Below are positions 38,064 through 52,114 of a stretch of 64,000 bases of DNA, in pieces; the first letter of the stretch is position 1; every line of letters begins with the position of its first letter. This stretch comes from Octopus bimaculoides (lineage: Eukaryota). The position numbers were made by a program, and so were the translations under genes. The notes beneath the pieces are model-generated. The model did no database searches. It was not told where the DNA came from and saw only the letters and a list, made by a program, of their open reading frames with translations. The stretch is taken from contig NC_068997.1 of assembly GCF_001194135.2 (NCBI RefSeq), positions 2,286,829-2,350,828 on the forward strand, given 5' to 3'.

Positions 38064-39324
38064 TAGGGGGTGGACAAAATAACAGAAATACCTTAAAATT
38101 TCAAACAAATTAATTTTAATATGGAGTAGGACCACCTTTGGCAGTAATTACAGCCTGAATTCTATGAGGTATGGTCTCGTACAAAGTTTGAATTGTTTCC
38201 AAAGGAATTTTTGTCAATTCTTCAGCTAAAACAGTCTCCAGTTCTTGTAGTAATGATAGCAGGAGATATTGACTCCTTACTTGTTTTTCTAAAATGCACC
38301 ATAAATGTTCAGTAATATTGAGATCTGGGGACTGTGGTGGCCAGATAAAATGTTCAACTTCACTAGAATGTTCCTTGTGCCATTCAGTAACAATTTTAAC
38401 TGTGTGAATTGATGCATTATCATCCTGAAAGATTGCGCTTCCCTCCAGAAACAGTTCCACAACCATAGGATGAATTTGATCAGATAAAATGCTTAAATAG
38501 TCTTGACTATTAATTCTGCCATGAAGGGAAACCATTGGGCTGGTGGATTTCCAAGATATAGCCCTCCAAGATCATCATAGATCGATCCTCCTCCATGTTT
38601 AACAGTTGGAAGAAGGCAGTCTGGGTCAAATGCTTCTTTTGGCTGTCTCCACACGTATACTCAGCCGGTGGTCGGAAATAAGATGAAGGATAACTCGTCT
38701 GAGAAAATAACATTCTTCCACTGCTCTAGGGACCAATTCTGTAGGTTTTTTACTCCACTCTAAATGCTTTGCAACGTTTGTTTTAAAAGTAGTGGTTTCC
38801 TGATTGCAGCCCTCCTGTGAAATCCGGCTTTGTGCAGCTCCTGGTAAACAGTTTTTGGGAAACTGGGTCCTTGAGGAGGTCATTAAACTCTGCAGTAATT
38901 TTGGGAGGTATACTTTTGTGATCCTTTCTAACAATTCGCATAAGAATCCAACGGTCCCTATCTGAAAGTTTTGGTTTTCTTCTGGAGTTTTATTTCGACG
39001 AGGAGGTTTTTCCCTCTTTCTCAAAAGCTGTCATTACTTTCGAGACAGTACTTCCTGATACACCAAACATTTCGGCTGTTTTCGTAATAGTAGCACCTGC
39101 TAAATGAGCACCAACAATTTGATCACTTAGAAAGTGTGATAGGTCTGTCACTTTAATGAATTTTAATTACCTTTTTCTGACAATATCTGAAAAGAAACAG
39201 CAATTTTAGCAACACTATCAATAAATCAAAAAACATAAAAATAAACAAGCTTTTGATGGTTTTATAGATATTTCAAAATTATGATGCTATGATGCGAGGT
39301 GTTTTCATTATTTTGTCCAACCCC

Positions 39325-39326
<2 letters not shown>
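38064..39326 (-). mobile_element. Decayed full-length Tc1 (DD34E) transposon, ~1.26 kb
   Basis: Frameshifted transposase with WKNVIFSDE, VKHGGGS, FQDDNASIH, WPPQSPDLNITE. ~30-bp TIRs (t/c)agggg(g/t)tggacaaaataa at both ends. Confidence 0.93.
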
Positions 39327-39366
<40 letters not shown>

Positions 39367-39456
39367 CAGAGAGGAGAGTAGAGAAAGAGAGAGAGAGAAA
39401 AATGCAAATAAACTCACTTGGGTTTGCTATATACAATATACTTATATGCATATACA

Positions 39457-39495
<39 letters not shown>

Positions 39496-42249
39496 GGAGA
39501 GAGAGAGAGAAAAACTAAAAAACTGAAAATATTCAGGTGAAAACTCGTGTATAAACATAGATATTTAGATATTTACAAAACAAATTTACATGGCATACAA
39601 AAACTAAAGAAAACTAAGGGGAGAGGGCATGGTATTTCAGGTCTGACAGCTGTTGCTAGGGGCTCAGAATTATGTAATAGTTGTAATGTTGGCAGATGGA
39701 GTGTGCAAAAAGTCGAGGATATGCAACCAGTATTGGATGCATCTAAACACTACTGTAAAGCTGGCCTCCATCTTCAGGGCAGAAAGATTGGCATTTAGCA
39801 GTTCAAATCATAATGCAAGAGAATTTAAGGATAGAATAAGGGTTAGGGTTAAGGCAAATAGAAGTAGGTGGAAGGAGGATGACAGCGGTTTGGGGGTGGA
39901 GGGATTGATCAAGGGATTGAGAGAAGTGAAAGTAGAAGATAGAAGAATTGTTACTGTGCAAGAGAAAATGCTTGTTAGTGTTTCTTCCGGATGTATGTTC
40001 TGACCTCAGATTCCATGAAGGTCGGCTTTGCCTTTCTTTCTTTTAGGGCCCATAAAATAAGTACCAGTTGAGAACTGGGGGTCACTGTAATTGACTTACC
40101 GCTACCATTGTCACAGGCTCTGAATCAAAAGACCTGTGATCTATAATGTAATAGCCTACAATCATCCAGCCTTTCCCCCAGTCCATGGTGCACCAAGAAC
40201 TACATTATACAATGTGACTTTCTTTTCTGTGGACATATGATGGGGCAACCAAAATTTACCTGTGGTTTCAACAATTTTTACTGTTGGTTATTATGATGAT
40301 GACGATGAGGATAGCCCTCCTCTTCCTCCTCATCCTCCTCCTCCTCATCATCATCATCATCCTGATATTTAATCTGCGGTGACGGTTGTGCGTATTTTCC
40401 TCTTCAATGTTGATTATTTTAAATGAGTTGACTGTAAATTACAATCATGTGACTAATTACTCAGGAGGAATTATTGTACACTTAATTTATTATCCTGATT
40501 AACTTTTGTTGTTGTTGTTGTTTTTGTAATTAGTACTATTTATGATGTTGTAATTTTCACCACCCACATCATCACTGTTGTAGTGACCACCACTACCACC
40601 ATCATCAGCATTATCATTGTCACTAACATCACCATCATCAACATCATCATTGCCAACATCCTCTCCACCATCACTACTATCTCTATCAACCAGACAGCCA
40701 CCACCACCACCAGTACTATCTTAATCCTCCTCCTCCTCATCATCATTAACTTGTGTCTTCCATGCTGGCATAGGTTGGGTGGTTCAATGGGATCCAGCAA
40801 GCTGGAGCACAGCATCAAGCTCCAATGTCTGCTTTAGCATGGATTCCACAGCTGGATGCCCTAGAGTGGATTGGCTGCTTTTATTTATTTATTCTTTTTG
40901 CCACCAGCACTGGTGAATTTGCCATCTGACTCACAAAACAAAGGAAAGGAAAAGAACCCTCAGTGACTGGGTGGGGCTGTAGTTAAAGAAAGAGGAAGCC
41001 CTATGCCAGATGGCAAGAGGCTAAAGTATAATAGAGTGACACACACAAGGGGAACATCACCAGGACCATCACCATGAGAACCACCTCCACCACTACCATG
41101 ACAACCGCCTTCACCACCATGACAACCACCTCTGCCACCACCACCTCCACAACTTCCACCTTCACCACCTTCACCACCACCACCACCATCAATTTATAAC
41201 TCATCTATATTCTAAATTTGTTGTAACAATATTTATCAATTTACTGTCTTTACTGACAATAACTATTTATTGGATGTCTTCCACTGGTCCAGTGGTCAGT
41301 CTGTTATCCACACCATTTTCAAAGAGGGTTCAGTATGTTATGGTTGATGCACTGGACAATCTACTGTAGTTGACAATGTCCAGAGATACACAGAGGCTGC
41401 AACACCTGAAGATATTCTTGGTCAGTGACCAGATGCAGTAACCAGCATTGCATGGTGGAGTTACATCAAGCAGCTTTTATTTCATGCTGCTAGTTAAACT
41501 AATTGTGAAGATCACTTTATCACTTTTGTTTGGCCAGGTTGGATAGGCAGTATGATGATTGTAGCAAAGAAGTTGTATGGGGAACAAGATTGAATAAACT
41601 GACGACAAACAGTTTTACTTCAGGGAAGCCCTAGTCAATTTTTTTAGCTTAACCTGAAAAAGTGTGTGTGTGTGTGTATGTGCATGCGTCAAGGGATGTG
41701 CTGCCCTCCAGTAACTTTAATGAAAGACGGACCAGTATGTCCAGGTGAATCTCTTTGCTCTCAGCTTGTATGTGTAGATCAGAAACGCAGTTAGGACAAG
41801 GTGCAGCCCACAAATCTAGGATAACTCCTCAGGGTAATCCTTGATCTATGAGACTCTTTGATTAACTCTTGGTGCCTGCCTCTCCTCATTAAGGCATCAC
41901 ATTTCATTCCTTTTGTGTACTCAGGTTTTATGTGATTGATTAATACAGATGGTGAAGCCTGGTGCTGTCTTCTGGCTTGCCAACTCCTATGAAACCATCA
42001 TCTGCATGATTCTCTCTCTCTCTCAATGCTTTTATAATTTTGTCCTTCAAACATATTCCTCATCCATTGTAGATGCTTGTGGGAAAATAGGCAATTTATA
42101 ATTTAAACTGCTGTTGTCACATGTAGGTTAAATCTACCTACCAGCTGAGTCTATCTAGAGGATTGCCCCCACCAACCACCTTTAACAAGGCAGAGCGGGC
42201 AATGTTCCTCTGTCCAGTGGCTATGGCAAAAGAAGTTGAGTGGTAGATG

Positions 42250-42485
42250 AGGTGGCGAGCTGGCAGAACCGTTAGCACACCGGGTGAAATGCTTAGCGGT
42301 ATTTCGTCTGCCGCTACGTTCTGAGTTCAAATTCCGCCAAGGTCGACTTTGCCTTTCATCCTTTCGGGGTCGATAAATTAAGTACCAGTTACGCACTGGG
42401 GGTCGATGTAATCGACTTAATCCCTTTGTCTGTCCTTGTTTGTCCCTTCTCTATTTGGCCCCTTGTGGGCAATAAAGAAATAAGA
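42250..42485 (+). mobile_element. tRNA-derived SINE family S2, tail type 1
   Basis: tggcagaaccgttag ... gagttcaaattcc (A/B boxes), central gtcgactttgcctttcatcctttcggggtcgataaattaagtaccag, tail tccctttgtctgtccttgtttgtccc...aataaagaaataag. Confidence 0.85.
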
Positions 42486-42941
42486 TGAGGCTGAATGGAT
42501 TGAGGAAAGACACTTCCTCTTCAGTGAAGCCCTCACTGGCTTTATAAGTTTCAGTTGGAAAGGAAAGTAAGTGTGGGGAGAGAAGTACCCTCTCCTGATG
42601 AGTTTGTGAAAAGATGGGTGTCTGTGGAAAAAAAATGGTTAAAACGAATGGACCTGCTCAAAGTATGCACATGCAGACTGGGGAATAGTAGGACAAGGGA
42701 TCATGCATTTGGTAGTCAGGGTTTTCGTGGATCTGTGGTGTTCCTTGATTGGCCCTAATCAGAGTCTCTGTATGAGGAGCAGTGGAGCATTTTTCTGTTC
42801 ACAAATTTTTGTATACTAAGCATACTTTTATCTCATTTCACTGTTTTTTCCCTTTCTTTCCACTCGTCTTTTATGTAAACCTCCACACATATCATGAGCT
42901 GTCCTCTCAACAATACCACAGTGGCAAACAAAAAAAGTGGC

Positions 42942-42972
<31 letters not shown>

Positions 42973-43649
42973 TAATCTTATTTTCATCGCATGCTTTCAC
43001 CGCACTACCGAGCCCAGCTCTGTGTGCCTTGGGTATGCACCGTGGTTTGTTGTAGTGCTCTTATTTTCACTGTATTGAAAGTGCTTTACATAGGACGTGT
43101 GCAGTACATAGTATTATTATTATTATTATGATTATTATTATGTCTGTCTTTGTATTGTCCCCCTCACCCTTCACCCTGGTGGCAAATAAAACAAATCATT
43201 ATTATTGTTGTTGTTGCTGCTGTTGTTGTTGTTGATGTTGTTGTTGCTTTGTGGATGAATTTCTTCTCATGAATTTTAAATGAGAACTCCAGACTAAAAT
43301 TTAATCACTTTTTGCAATTTAGTCGGAGATCTGGTGAAAGGAAACAACAGCAACAATAACAACAACAGACTGACCACCACAAATAGCAACAACTGACTAC
43401 CAACACTGACAACAACAACAGCAGCATCCAGGCAAGAAGGTAACCTACCCAGTTGTTTGACCGGCTAGAAAGAACAACAAAATCTTCCTCAAATTACAAC
43501 TTACTGACATAAAATAATAACGCCCATTTTTATAATACTTGTTTGTTGGTTTATTTCGGAGGATGGGTGAATGGCTAAGGCCTTAATAGAGCCTCCAAAA
43601 CCCAGTGAGACTGATGTGAGTCGTAAGTTGATAGGAGTAAGAAAAGGGC

Positions 43650-43880
43650 TGCAAGCTGGCAGGAACGTTAGCACGTCAGGCGAAAGGCTTTGCAGCATTT
43701 CGTCTGCTGTTACGTTCTGAGTTCAAATTCCGCCTAAGTCGACTTTGCTGTTCATCCTTTCGGGGTCGATAAATAAAGTACCAGCTACGCACTGGGGTCG
43801 ATGTAATCGACTTAATCCCTTTGTCTGTCCTTGTTTGTCCCCTCTATGTGTAGCCCCTTGTGGGCAATAAAGAAACAAGG
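43650..43880 (+). mobile_element. S2 SINE, tail type 1
   Basis: Highly similar to 42250-42485. Confidence 0.85.
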
Positions 43881-45142
43881 AGTAAGAAAACATGTAGGAT
43901 GGAAATTCCAGAGTGAATATGCTCTAAAGGAAAGACTAGGGACAGTAAAGATGTGGCTTAGGTCATGTGACATACAATGGGTGATGGGCTGAGGAAAGGC
44001 AAGTGAGTCGGGATTGCCTGAATGGAGACAGCGTAAGATCAGCCAGCTTTTCATATGATGGTATCGTCATGGCTGGAATGCCTTTGATCCGTTAAGGTTG
44101 ACACAGGACTAAACAACAACCACAGATGAAGATAAGAGGGCCATAGATCTAATACCATCGATCATAAGGTCTTTTCAATAAAGGCTATCTAGGAGCATAA
44201 TAACAACAACAGCAACAACAACATAAGCTAGAATTATAAACTGAGACTACGATGATGCTAATTACCAAGTTGTTTAATTAATAATAATGATAATTACAGC
44301 AGTAGAATTAATTAAGTGTAAAGAGATTGTTGCAGATAATTGTTGAATAAAACAATGTTTTATCATTAAAAGTGCTAAACTAAATTATCTTCATACTGGA
44401 AAAATATTAAACCAAACAACAACAATACAGAGAGAGAAGCTGCGATAAGATGAAGATGATCAATGAAAGTTAAACTTCTGAGGTTCCTGCATTATGAACA
44501 TCACAACATCACATCAACTGTTGATCAACTCCCAGTTTAAAAATTTTACTCACTCTCAATCAGACTAACCATAATTTTACCTGGGTTCAAGGATTCTCAA
44601 GGTATACAGAAGTGTGTGAGAGAGAGAGAGAGAGAGAGAGTGTGTGTGTGTGTGTGTGTGCACATGCAATGGATAGCAATGTAGTGCATTTGTGTGCATG
44701 TGGAAAGAGGTAAAGTTGTGTAGATGAAATCTCTTCACAACAATGTGGTTCTAGGTATGAGTGCAATGGTTGGAAGAGGTGGAAGTGAATGTGGTGAGTG
44801 AAGGGTAGAGGTGAATAAGTGGAGGCTGGAGTTGAGAAGTGATTGGTATGAAATGTCTTGAGTGAGGAGTTAAGAATAATGATGCGAGAGGCTGAGTATG
44901 ATAGCCAGAGTGGAGGTCAGTGTAACGAAATATAAACAAAGATTATAAATGTAATTAACCAGAAAACTCTTCTACAAGAACCCATTCTGTTGCCACCTTC
45001 TCTCATACTTTAACCGCTCATCTCCAAACATAAAGCTGACCTTACACAAACCCAAGGTACTACACAGTGGGATTGAACCTGGGACAATGTGGTTGGGAAG
45101 CGAACTTATTACTACACAGTCGTATCTAAGCATATATGTACA

Positions 45143-45176
<34 letters not shown>

Positions 45177-46087
45177 NNNNNNNNNNNNNNNNNNNNNNNN
45201 NNNNNNNNNNNNNNNNNNNNNNNNNNNNNNNNNNNNNNNNNNNNNNNNNNNNNNNNNNNNNNNNNNNNNNNNNNNNAGAGAGAGAAAGAGAGAGAGAGAT
45301 AGAAAGAGAGAGAGAGAGTGTGTGTGTGTGTGTGTGTACACATGCATAAATATGTGTATTCATGGAAAAAAGTGAAAATGCAAAACTTGCAGTAAGGAAA
45401 ATCTTAATTTTTAATTATTATTGATACTAACTCTATGTTATGTATTGAATAGTCTTTCCTTATATTTTACGTGTTTACACACACACACACATACATAAGG
45501 AAAGCAGTAGAATGTATGATGGAGTGGTGTGTGTGCATCTGTTTACCATTTATCTGCGCACACACACACACACACACACACATATTATATATACATAATC
45601 AAAACAACAGCAGTAGAGAAAGAAATATGTATAAAGAAAATATTGTGTGTGTGTGTGTGTGTGTGTGTGTGGAAGATGGGATGTGTGTAATAAAAGACAG
45701 GTTTTGTTTAGGCTGGCAGCTTATTAAATAAAAATAGATAACCCTTCCCCATAAACAGGGGGAGGAAGGGTCTGTTCATGGTGGTGTTGGTGGTGGTGGC
45801 AGTGGTGATGGCGGAAGTGGTGGTGTGAGTGATAGTGGGAGAGTATGTCCATCTGCTGAGTGTTCAATGTTAGAAATAGGATAAAAATAATCTTAAAAAT
45901 TCATTGCTACCTTTGTTGCCATAGTTACTGGAATTGGTAAATCAATAGCAATGTCTTCTGTGGTTGATTGATTTATAAACTTGACATTGTGATATTGCTG
46001 TTGTTGTTGTTGTAGATATAAGGTAAAGTTCTTGGGTTGCTTCAAAAGGGATAGAGTAGTGGTGGTGGGGGGGATAAGAGAGGGATT

Positions 46088-46135
<48 letters not shown>

Positions 46136-46377
46136 GAGGAAAGAGAGAATGGGAGAAGAGAGCTAAAGAAGTCCCAGGGAACTTCTAACTGACATGATTT
46201 TGATAATTTTATGCAAACCTGATATTTGCAACTACTTCTGCCCCTCCTTCTCAAAAACCCAGTGACATTAACTCTGACCTGGAGGTTTATAAGTCTGACC
46301 GCTCAAACCATCTGTGACTATGACTCCGCTACCCTCCCACTGCTGATACTTTACCTTAGAAGCCATAATCCACGCAA

Positions 46378-46594
46378 AAATGTTCAGTCACTTGACTGTG
46401 GCCATGCTGGAGCACTGCCTTTAGTCGAGCAAATCGATCCCAGGACTTATTCTTTGTAACCCTACTACTTATTCTATCAGGCTCTTATGTCGAACCGCTA
46501 AGTTACGGGGATGCAAACACACCAGCATCAGTTGTCAAGTGATGTTGGGGGGGGGGACAAACACAGATACACAAACATATACACACACATACAT

Positions 46595-46651
<57 letters not shown>

Positions 46652-46860
46652 TACGACGGACGGGCTTTTTTCAGTTTCCGTCTACCAAATCCACTCACAA
46701 AGCTTTGGTCGGCCCGAGGCTACAGTAGAAGACACTTGCCCAAGGTACCACACAGTGGGACTGAACCTGGAACCATGTGGTTCGTAAGCAAGCTACTTAC
46801 CACATTCCTACACCTATAGCTACTTACCACACAGTCACACCTACGCCTATTTCATATACA
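46378..46860 (-). mobile_element. S1 SINE, near full length
   Basis: Collinear with 16600-17003; short tandem duplication of the head at ~46790-46835. Confidence 0.85.
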
Positions 46861-47729
46861 AATAACTTATACTGCATCTAAGTTAGTGCAGCAACCCACA
46901 TGCACCTCTTAGACTGCTTCCAAGGAAAACAAATCCACTGGCTAGATTAATATTAAGTCCTCACTAACACACACCAATATGCTGTGTACGGGTGAGATCT
47001 TCGATCCCACAAATGGGACATCTGCTCCATACATAGGTTATCTCCTTTCACTAACCCACACTAATATTCTGTGATGGTGAGGACTTCTGTCTCATAGATA
47101 GGACCTCTGGTCCATTGATCTGATGCTGTCTCTTGTCACCAACACCTCTCCAAAATATGTCCCATCTTCTCTTTGTGTTTTCTTTCTCTGCTTCATTTTC
47201 CCCAGCATCTTGGAACCGATGGATCTTGTGCCATCAACAAATTGGCACATCAACTCTCTCACTCACTCACTGCCGCTCTTCTAAATTAGCTATATTAAAT
47301 CAGCCTACCCCAAGGGTTCCACAATACATTCTAGAACTAATCTTTCCTTCTTAGGACATACCCCACCCCCGTATATATTTATCCACCAGCTGTCACCTAT
47401 TCATGTGGAACATTAAACTTTAGTGACCATGGAGGCAACTACCAAGGCAATGGGAACTGCCTTGTCTTCTACACAAATCCTGTTGAGACTATACGAAATT
47501 TCTGATATTCCAATATTTGTGTTAAAGGTGGTGGTGGTGGGTGATGGTGGTGATGGTGGTGAGGGTCATAAAGAACTCTAAATGATCCAATTACGAGAGT
47601 CTTTTAGAGGATTTCTGTAACCAGCTTTCATTAAAACAGGACAATACAAACTTTGATGTACCCTAAAGAAGTGTTGTTATTGTTGTTGTTTAACCCCAGG
47701 TTAGTGTTCCTCCTCCTCCTCCTCCCACC

Positions 47730-48300
47730 ACCATCATCATCATTTAACATCTGTTTTCCATGCTAGCATGGGTTGCGCAACTCGATAGGAACTGGTAAGA
47801 CCAGGGACCACACCAGGTTCCATAGTCTGTTTTGGCTTGGTTTCTACAGCTGGGTGCCCTTCTTAATGCCAAACACTTTGCAGACTGTATTGAATGTTTT
47901 TTACATGGCACCATCCCCAGTGCTGTTTATGTAGAACCAGCACCCATACCAAATGCTTTGTACGTAGCCCCTTGGTTTTAGGATATCAATTCTGTTGAGT
48001 GGGACAGGTCTTCATGAGTTCAGCAATGTTCCACATATCTTATTCCTCTGTCATCTCCTTTGTAAGTCTCAGCATTTTGAGATCAGCTTTCAAGCAAATT
48101 TCTAACCATAGGTGTTTCCTCCATGACCATTCAGTCTCTTATCTATATATATCTTGGACTTTCTTGTAAGACAGTATATGGTAAGCTTTGGAAGAGATTT
48201 GGTTACTGTTTCTAGCAGTTTCAGTGTGTATGAAGGGGTTGCCTTGTTAACGTATACTCTAAACACTTTGTTGAGACAGTATCTCTCACTCACATATTCC
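47730..48300 (-). mobile_element. Old RTE (family C) 3' portion
   Basis: (CAT)n tail, ttttccatgctagcatggg, decayed ORF end. Shorter related 3' ends at ~7060-7270, 40740-40920, 59250-59440 and 62990-63110 (all minus). Confidence 0.7.
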
Positions 48301-48672
48301 TATAAGGAAAATCCAGAAAACCTCTAATTCTGTATCTTAGATCATTATAAACAGAGAGAAGAGCTTCCAAGCAAGATTACCAAATTTTCAATTAACGTAA
48401 CTAGCAACCCAGCCTTCAATGATGTGTGTGTTGATAAAACTGCTCACTTGAAATTTGACCATTAACTGAAAACATCATGTTTGAAAAATAATAATCTGAT
48501 ACAACTACAATAAGATTAACAAAAATGACAACAATAGCAATAATTGTGGTATTTACATGTGTGTATGGGGGTTCAAAACTAATGATAAGAATAACTGCAC
48601 CAAAAGACAAAGTGAGAATAAATGGTAATTAATAGTTTGATGCTCAATGAAAGATTAAGAGAGTGAAAGAGT

Positions 48673-48708
48673 CTTTGATGTTTTGAGCTTAAACTCTTCT
48701 TCATAAAG
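48673..48708 (-). ncRNA. Decayed minimal hammerhead motif (PLE pseudo-LTR remnant)
   Basis: Minus strand CTTT ATGAAGA A GAGT-TTAA-GCTC AAA ACAT C|AAAG: stem I CTTT/AAAG intact; C3>A, G12>A and ACGT>ACAT changes relative to the canonical motif. Confidence 0.5.
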
Positions 48709-49359
48709 TTAGACAATTAGAAGTAAAAAAAAAAATGGCGAAAACAGAGAAATGTGAGTTGGCTTCTGTCAGGTCGTGGTGAAAACAAAGGAGGTTAAAT
48801 GACCGGAAATGACATAGAGGAAATGAAGTTTCTTATGAATATGAACAACAGGAAGGTAAGAGTGTATAAATTACATGTGTGTGCATATGTTTGTAAGTGT
48901 GTCTGTGTAGATTTAGTGAAGATGACTGTGCATCAGTGTGGAGGTTGTATGTCAATTATGTGAGTATGCTTGTGTTGTGGCTGTGTGGCTGTATGCTAGT
49001 AAGCTAAGGATGTGTGTACACTGTGAATCCAGTATGAATGAAGTGATGAATAAATAATATGGTTGTCATATCACAGCAAGTGTGTGCTCACATATATGTG
49101 TGTGTTTATGTGTGTATGTGTTAGTGTGTGTGTGCATGTGTGTGTGTCCTTGACGATTACAGTGGCATGAAACTGGAGTCACAAGATTGTAATTTAGTTT
49201 CAATAAACTATATCTTTTATCTTTTACTTGTTTCAGTCATTAGACTGTGGCCATGCTGGGGTACCAACTTGAAGAAATTTTAATGGAATGTCTTGATCCC
49301 TGTACTTGTATTTTAAAAACCTGCTACTTATTTTATGGCCCCTTTGCCAAACATGGGCT

Positions 49360-49565
49360 TAAGCATTGTTTTTGACAATGATATAACTAAAGCTAAGTTT
49401 TTGGATATTACCCTAAACTTGCATAATGATTCATATTTCCCAAACCATAAACCCTCAACTAATTTACAATATATTAGCTCTTTCAGTAATCACTCTAAGG
49501 TTATTACAAAGAATTTAGTTAGGAATATTTCACTTAGACTTTCTGCATTATCTGCTAATGTTGAT
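49360..49565 (+). mobile_element. Penelope-like element reverse transcriptase C-terminal fragment
   Basis: Translates KAKFLDITLNLHNDSYFPNHKPSTNLQYISSFSNHSKVITKNLVRNISLRLSALS, matching the PLE RT pattern FLD.TL.L....Y.P..KP......I...SNH. Confidence 0.75.
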
Positions 49566-50438
49566 ATCCGTGTTGCTTATTTTTTTGATTTTTTGATCAC
49601 CTATCCTTTTGGAATGGTTTTTGTATAATACCATACCATACAATATTCTGGTGCCTAAACATAAGTACCATATTCAATCTTGAATCTAAATCTAAACCTA
49701 TATATATATTATATATATACATGAAATGTGACAACTAAATAGATGGGATGGTCATGGCTGGATTAAATGCGAGGCTAAACAAGTACAACAAACAAGATGA
49801 GGACAAATATCCGTCAATTGTAAATAATGTAAATAATTCCTCATCTCTTAAATATAGAACAAGAACAACTTGGACTGTAACTTTTTAATTATCTGGAAGC
49901 TGCAGGTGAGAACAGGTGAGGAGGGAGGGAGGGAGGCTAAGAAATGGGTGAGATTGTGCAAGGAGTATGTAGCGAAAAAAGATGAAGGAGAAAACAAGAG
50001 AAGTGAGAGTAAAGCAGGAGGGGGAGGGAGTGAAGATGTTAAAATTATAGAAAAGAAAGGGAGGGGGAGATGGAAAATAGAAAAAAATTTAAAAGCAAGA
50101 GGGGAAGTAGGAAGTAGAAATAGAATGGAAGGAGAAAAGATAAGAGGGGGAGGAGGAGAGCTTATTTAGGGGGGTAAAGAAAGGGAGAAGCAGAGAAGGG
50201 AAAGAGTTAGTCTGAAGAAAAGAGAGTGAAACAAAGGAGTGAGGGGTATTGTTGTGAAGGAATATAAAGCATGAGGGTGGTAGGTAGAGGGGGAATTTGT
50301 GGTGAATGTGGTTTATAAGGTGAGTGAGGAACATTCACAGGCAGATCAGATTTTTTTAGTAGAAACTAGTATGTGTGTGAGTTTGTGGGTATACATGTGT
50401 ATATACACACATATATATATATATATATACATGTATAC

Positions 50439-50481
<43 letters not shown>

Positions 50482-50679
50482 CATATGCATATATATATAT
50501 ACATATACACATACATACATATATACATACATATACACATATATACATACACACATATACACACACACACACACATATATATATACACACACACATATAT
50601 ACATATATATGCATATAGTTATATATATATAAATATATATATATACGCATACACACACATATATATACATATATATGAA

Positions 50680-51560
50680 TATAGAGGTAGTCGATAGCTT
50701 CCGCTATCTGGGCGACCAAGTTAGTAGTGGGGGTGGGTGCGCTGAAAGTGTAGCTGCTAGAATAAGAATAGCCTGGGCAAAGTTTAGAGAGCTCTTACCC
50801 CTGCTGGCGACAAAGGGACTCTCACTCAGAGTAAAAGGCAGACTGTATGACGCATGCGTACGAACAACCATGCTACATGGCAGTGAAACATGGGCTGTAA
50901 CTGCTGAGGACATACGTAAGCTCGCAAGGAATGAAGCCAGTATGCTCCGTTGGATGTGTAATGTCAATGTGAATACCCGTCAGAGTGTAAGTATCTTGAG
51001 AGAAAAGCTGAACATTAGAAGCATCAGTTGTGGCGTGCAAGAGAGACGATTGCGCTGGTATGGACATGTGNNNNNNNNNNNNNNNNNNNNNNNNNNNNNN
51101 NNNNNNNNNNNNNNNNNNNNNNNNNNNNNNNNNNNNNNNNNNNNNNNNNNNNNNNNNNNNNNNNNNNNNNNNNNNNNNNNNNNNNNNNNNNNNNNNNNNN
51201 NNNNNNNNNNNNNNNNNNNNNNNNNNNNNNNNNNNNNNNNNNNNNNNNNNNNNNNNNNNNNNNNNNNNNNNNNNNNNNNNNNNNNNNNNNNNNNNNNNNN
51301 NNNNNNNNNNNNNNNNNNNNNNNNNNNNNNNNNNNNNNNNNNNNNNNNNNNNNNNNNNNNNNGCGTGGCCGTTTTCGTGCGGGTGACACGTAAAAGCACC
51401 CACTACACTCTCTGAGTGGTTGGCGTTAGGAAGGGCATCCAGCTGTAGAAACTCTGCCAAATCAGACTGGAGCCTGGTGTTGCCATCCGGTTTCACCAGT
51501 CCTCAGTCAAATCGTCCAACCCATGCTAGCATGGAAAGCGGACGTTAAACGATGATGATG
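50680..51560 (+). mobile_element. Young 5'-truncated RTE-clade LINE (family A): RT C-terminus, gap, 3' UTR, (GAT)n tail
   Basis: Open frame IEVVDSFRYLGDQV...RIRIAWAKFRELLPLL...LYDACVRTTMLHGSETW...RRLRWYGHV; 3' end ccatgctagcatggaaagcggacgttaaac(gat)n. Confidence 0.92.
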
Positions 51561-51598
51561 ATATATGCATATAAATATATTCATATATACAAATACAA

Positions 51599-51646
<48 letters not shown>

Positions 51647-52114
51647 GCATATACATATATGCACACATATACATATATACACACATACACACACACTCAA
51701 CAGAACATAACACAAGCACGTGTGCATGCATACATATGTCAATGATGCAGACATCGTTCATACACATGCAGCACACACACACATACACAGATATATATAT
51801 ATATATATATATATAGGCAAGCACATGACTCAACAAAGAGATACGCACGCACACACACACACACACACACAGACTCTCATACGAACAGACTGGGGTAATT
51901 GTGTGGCGCCAGTTTAAAGACATCACTACATCAATGATTAAAGTTTAATTCCATTTATTTAATCATTTATGAGTCAAACTATACAGGAATGGTAAAATAA
52001 TGGTTTTATTCTTGAATAGAAGAAAAAAACTTTTTGCTCTTTTCAACAAAGGCATTTTTATTAACAATATTCAATAAAGCCATGAAAATTGATGTCATTT
52101 AATTTTAGAAAATC

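Noticed and set aside
42595-42640. CTGATGAG...GAAA hammerhead candidate
   Set aside because: Stem II is a single G-U pair, and no stem III or NUH site can be formed.
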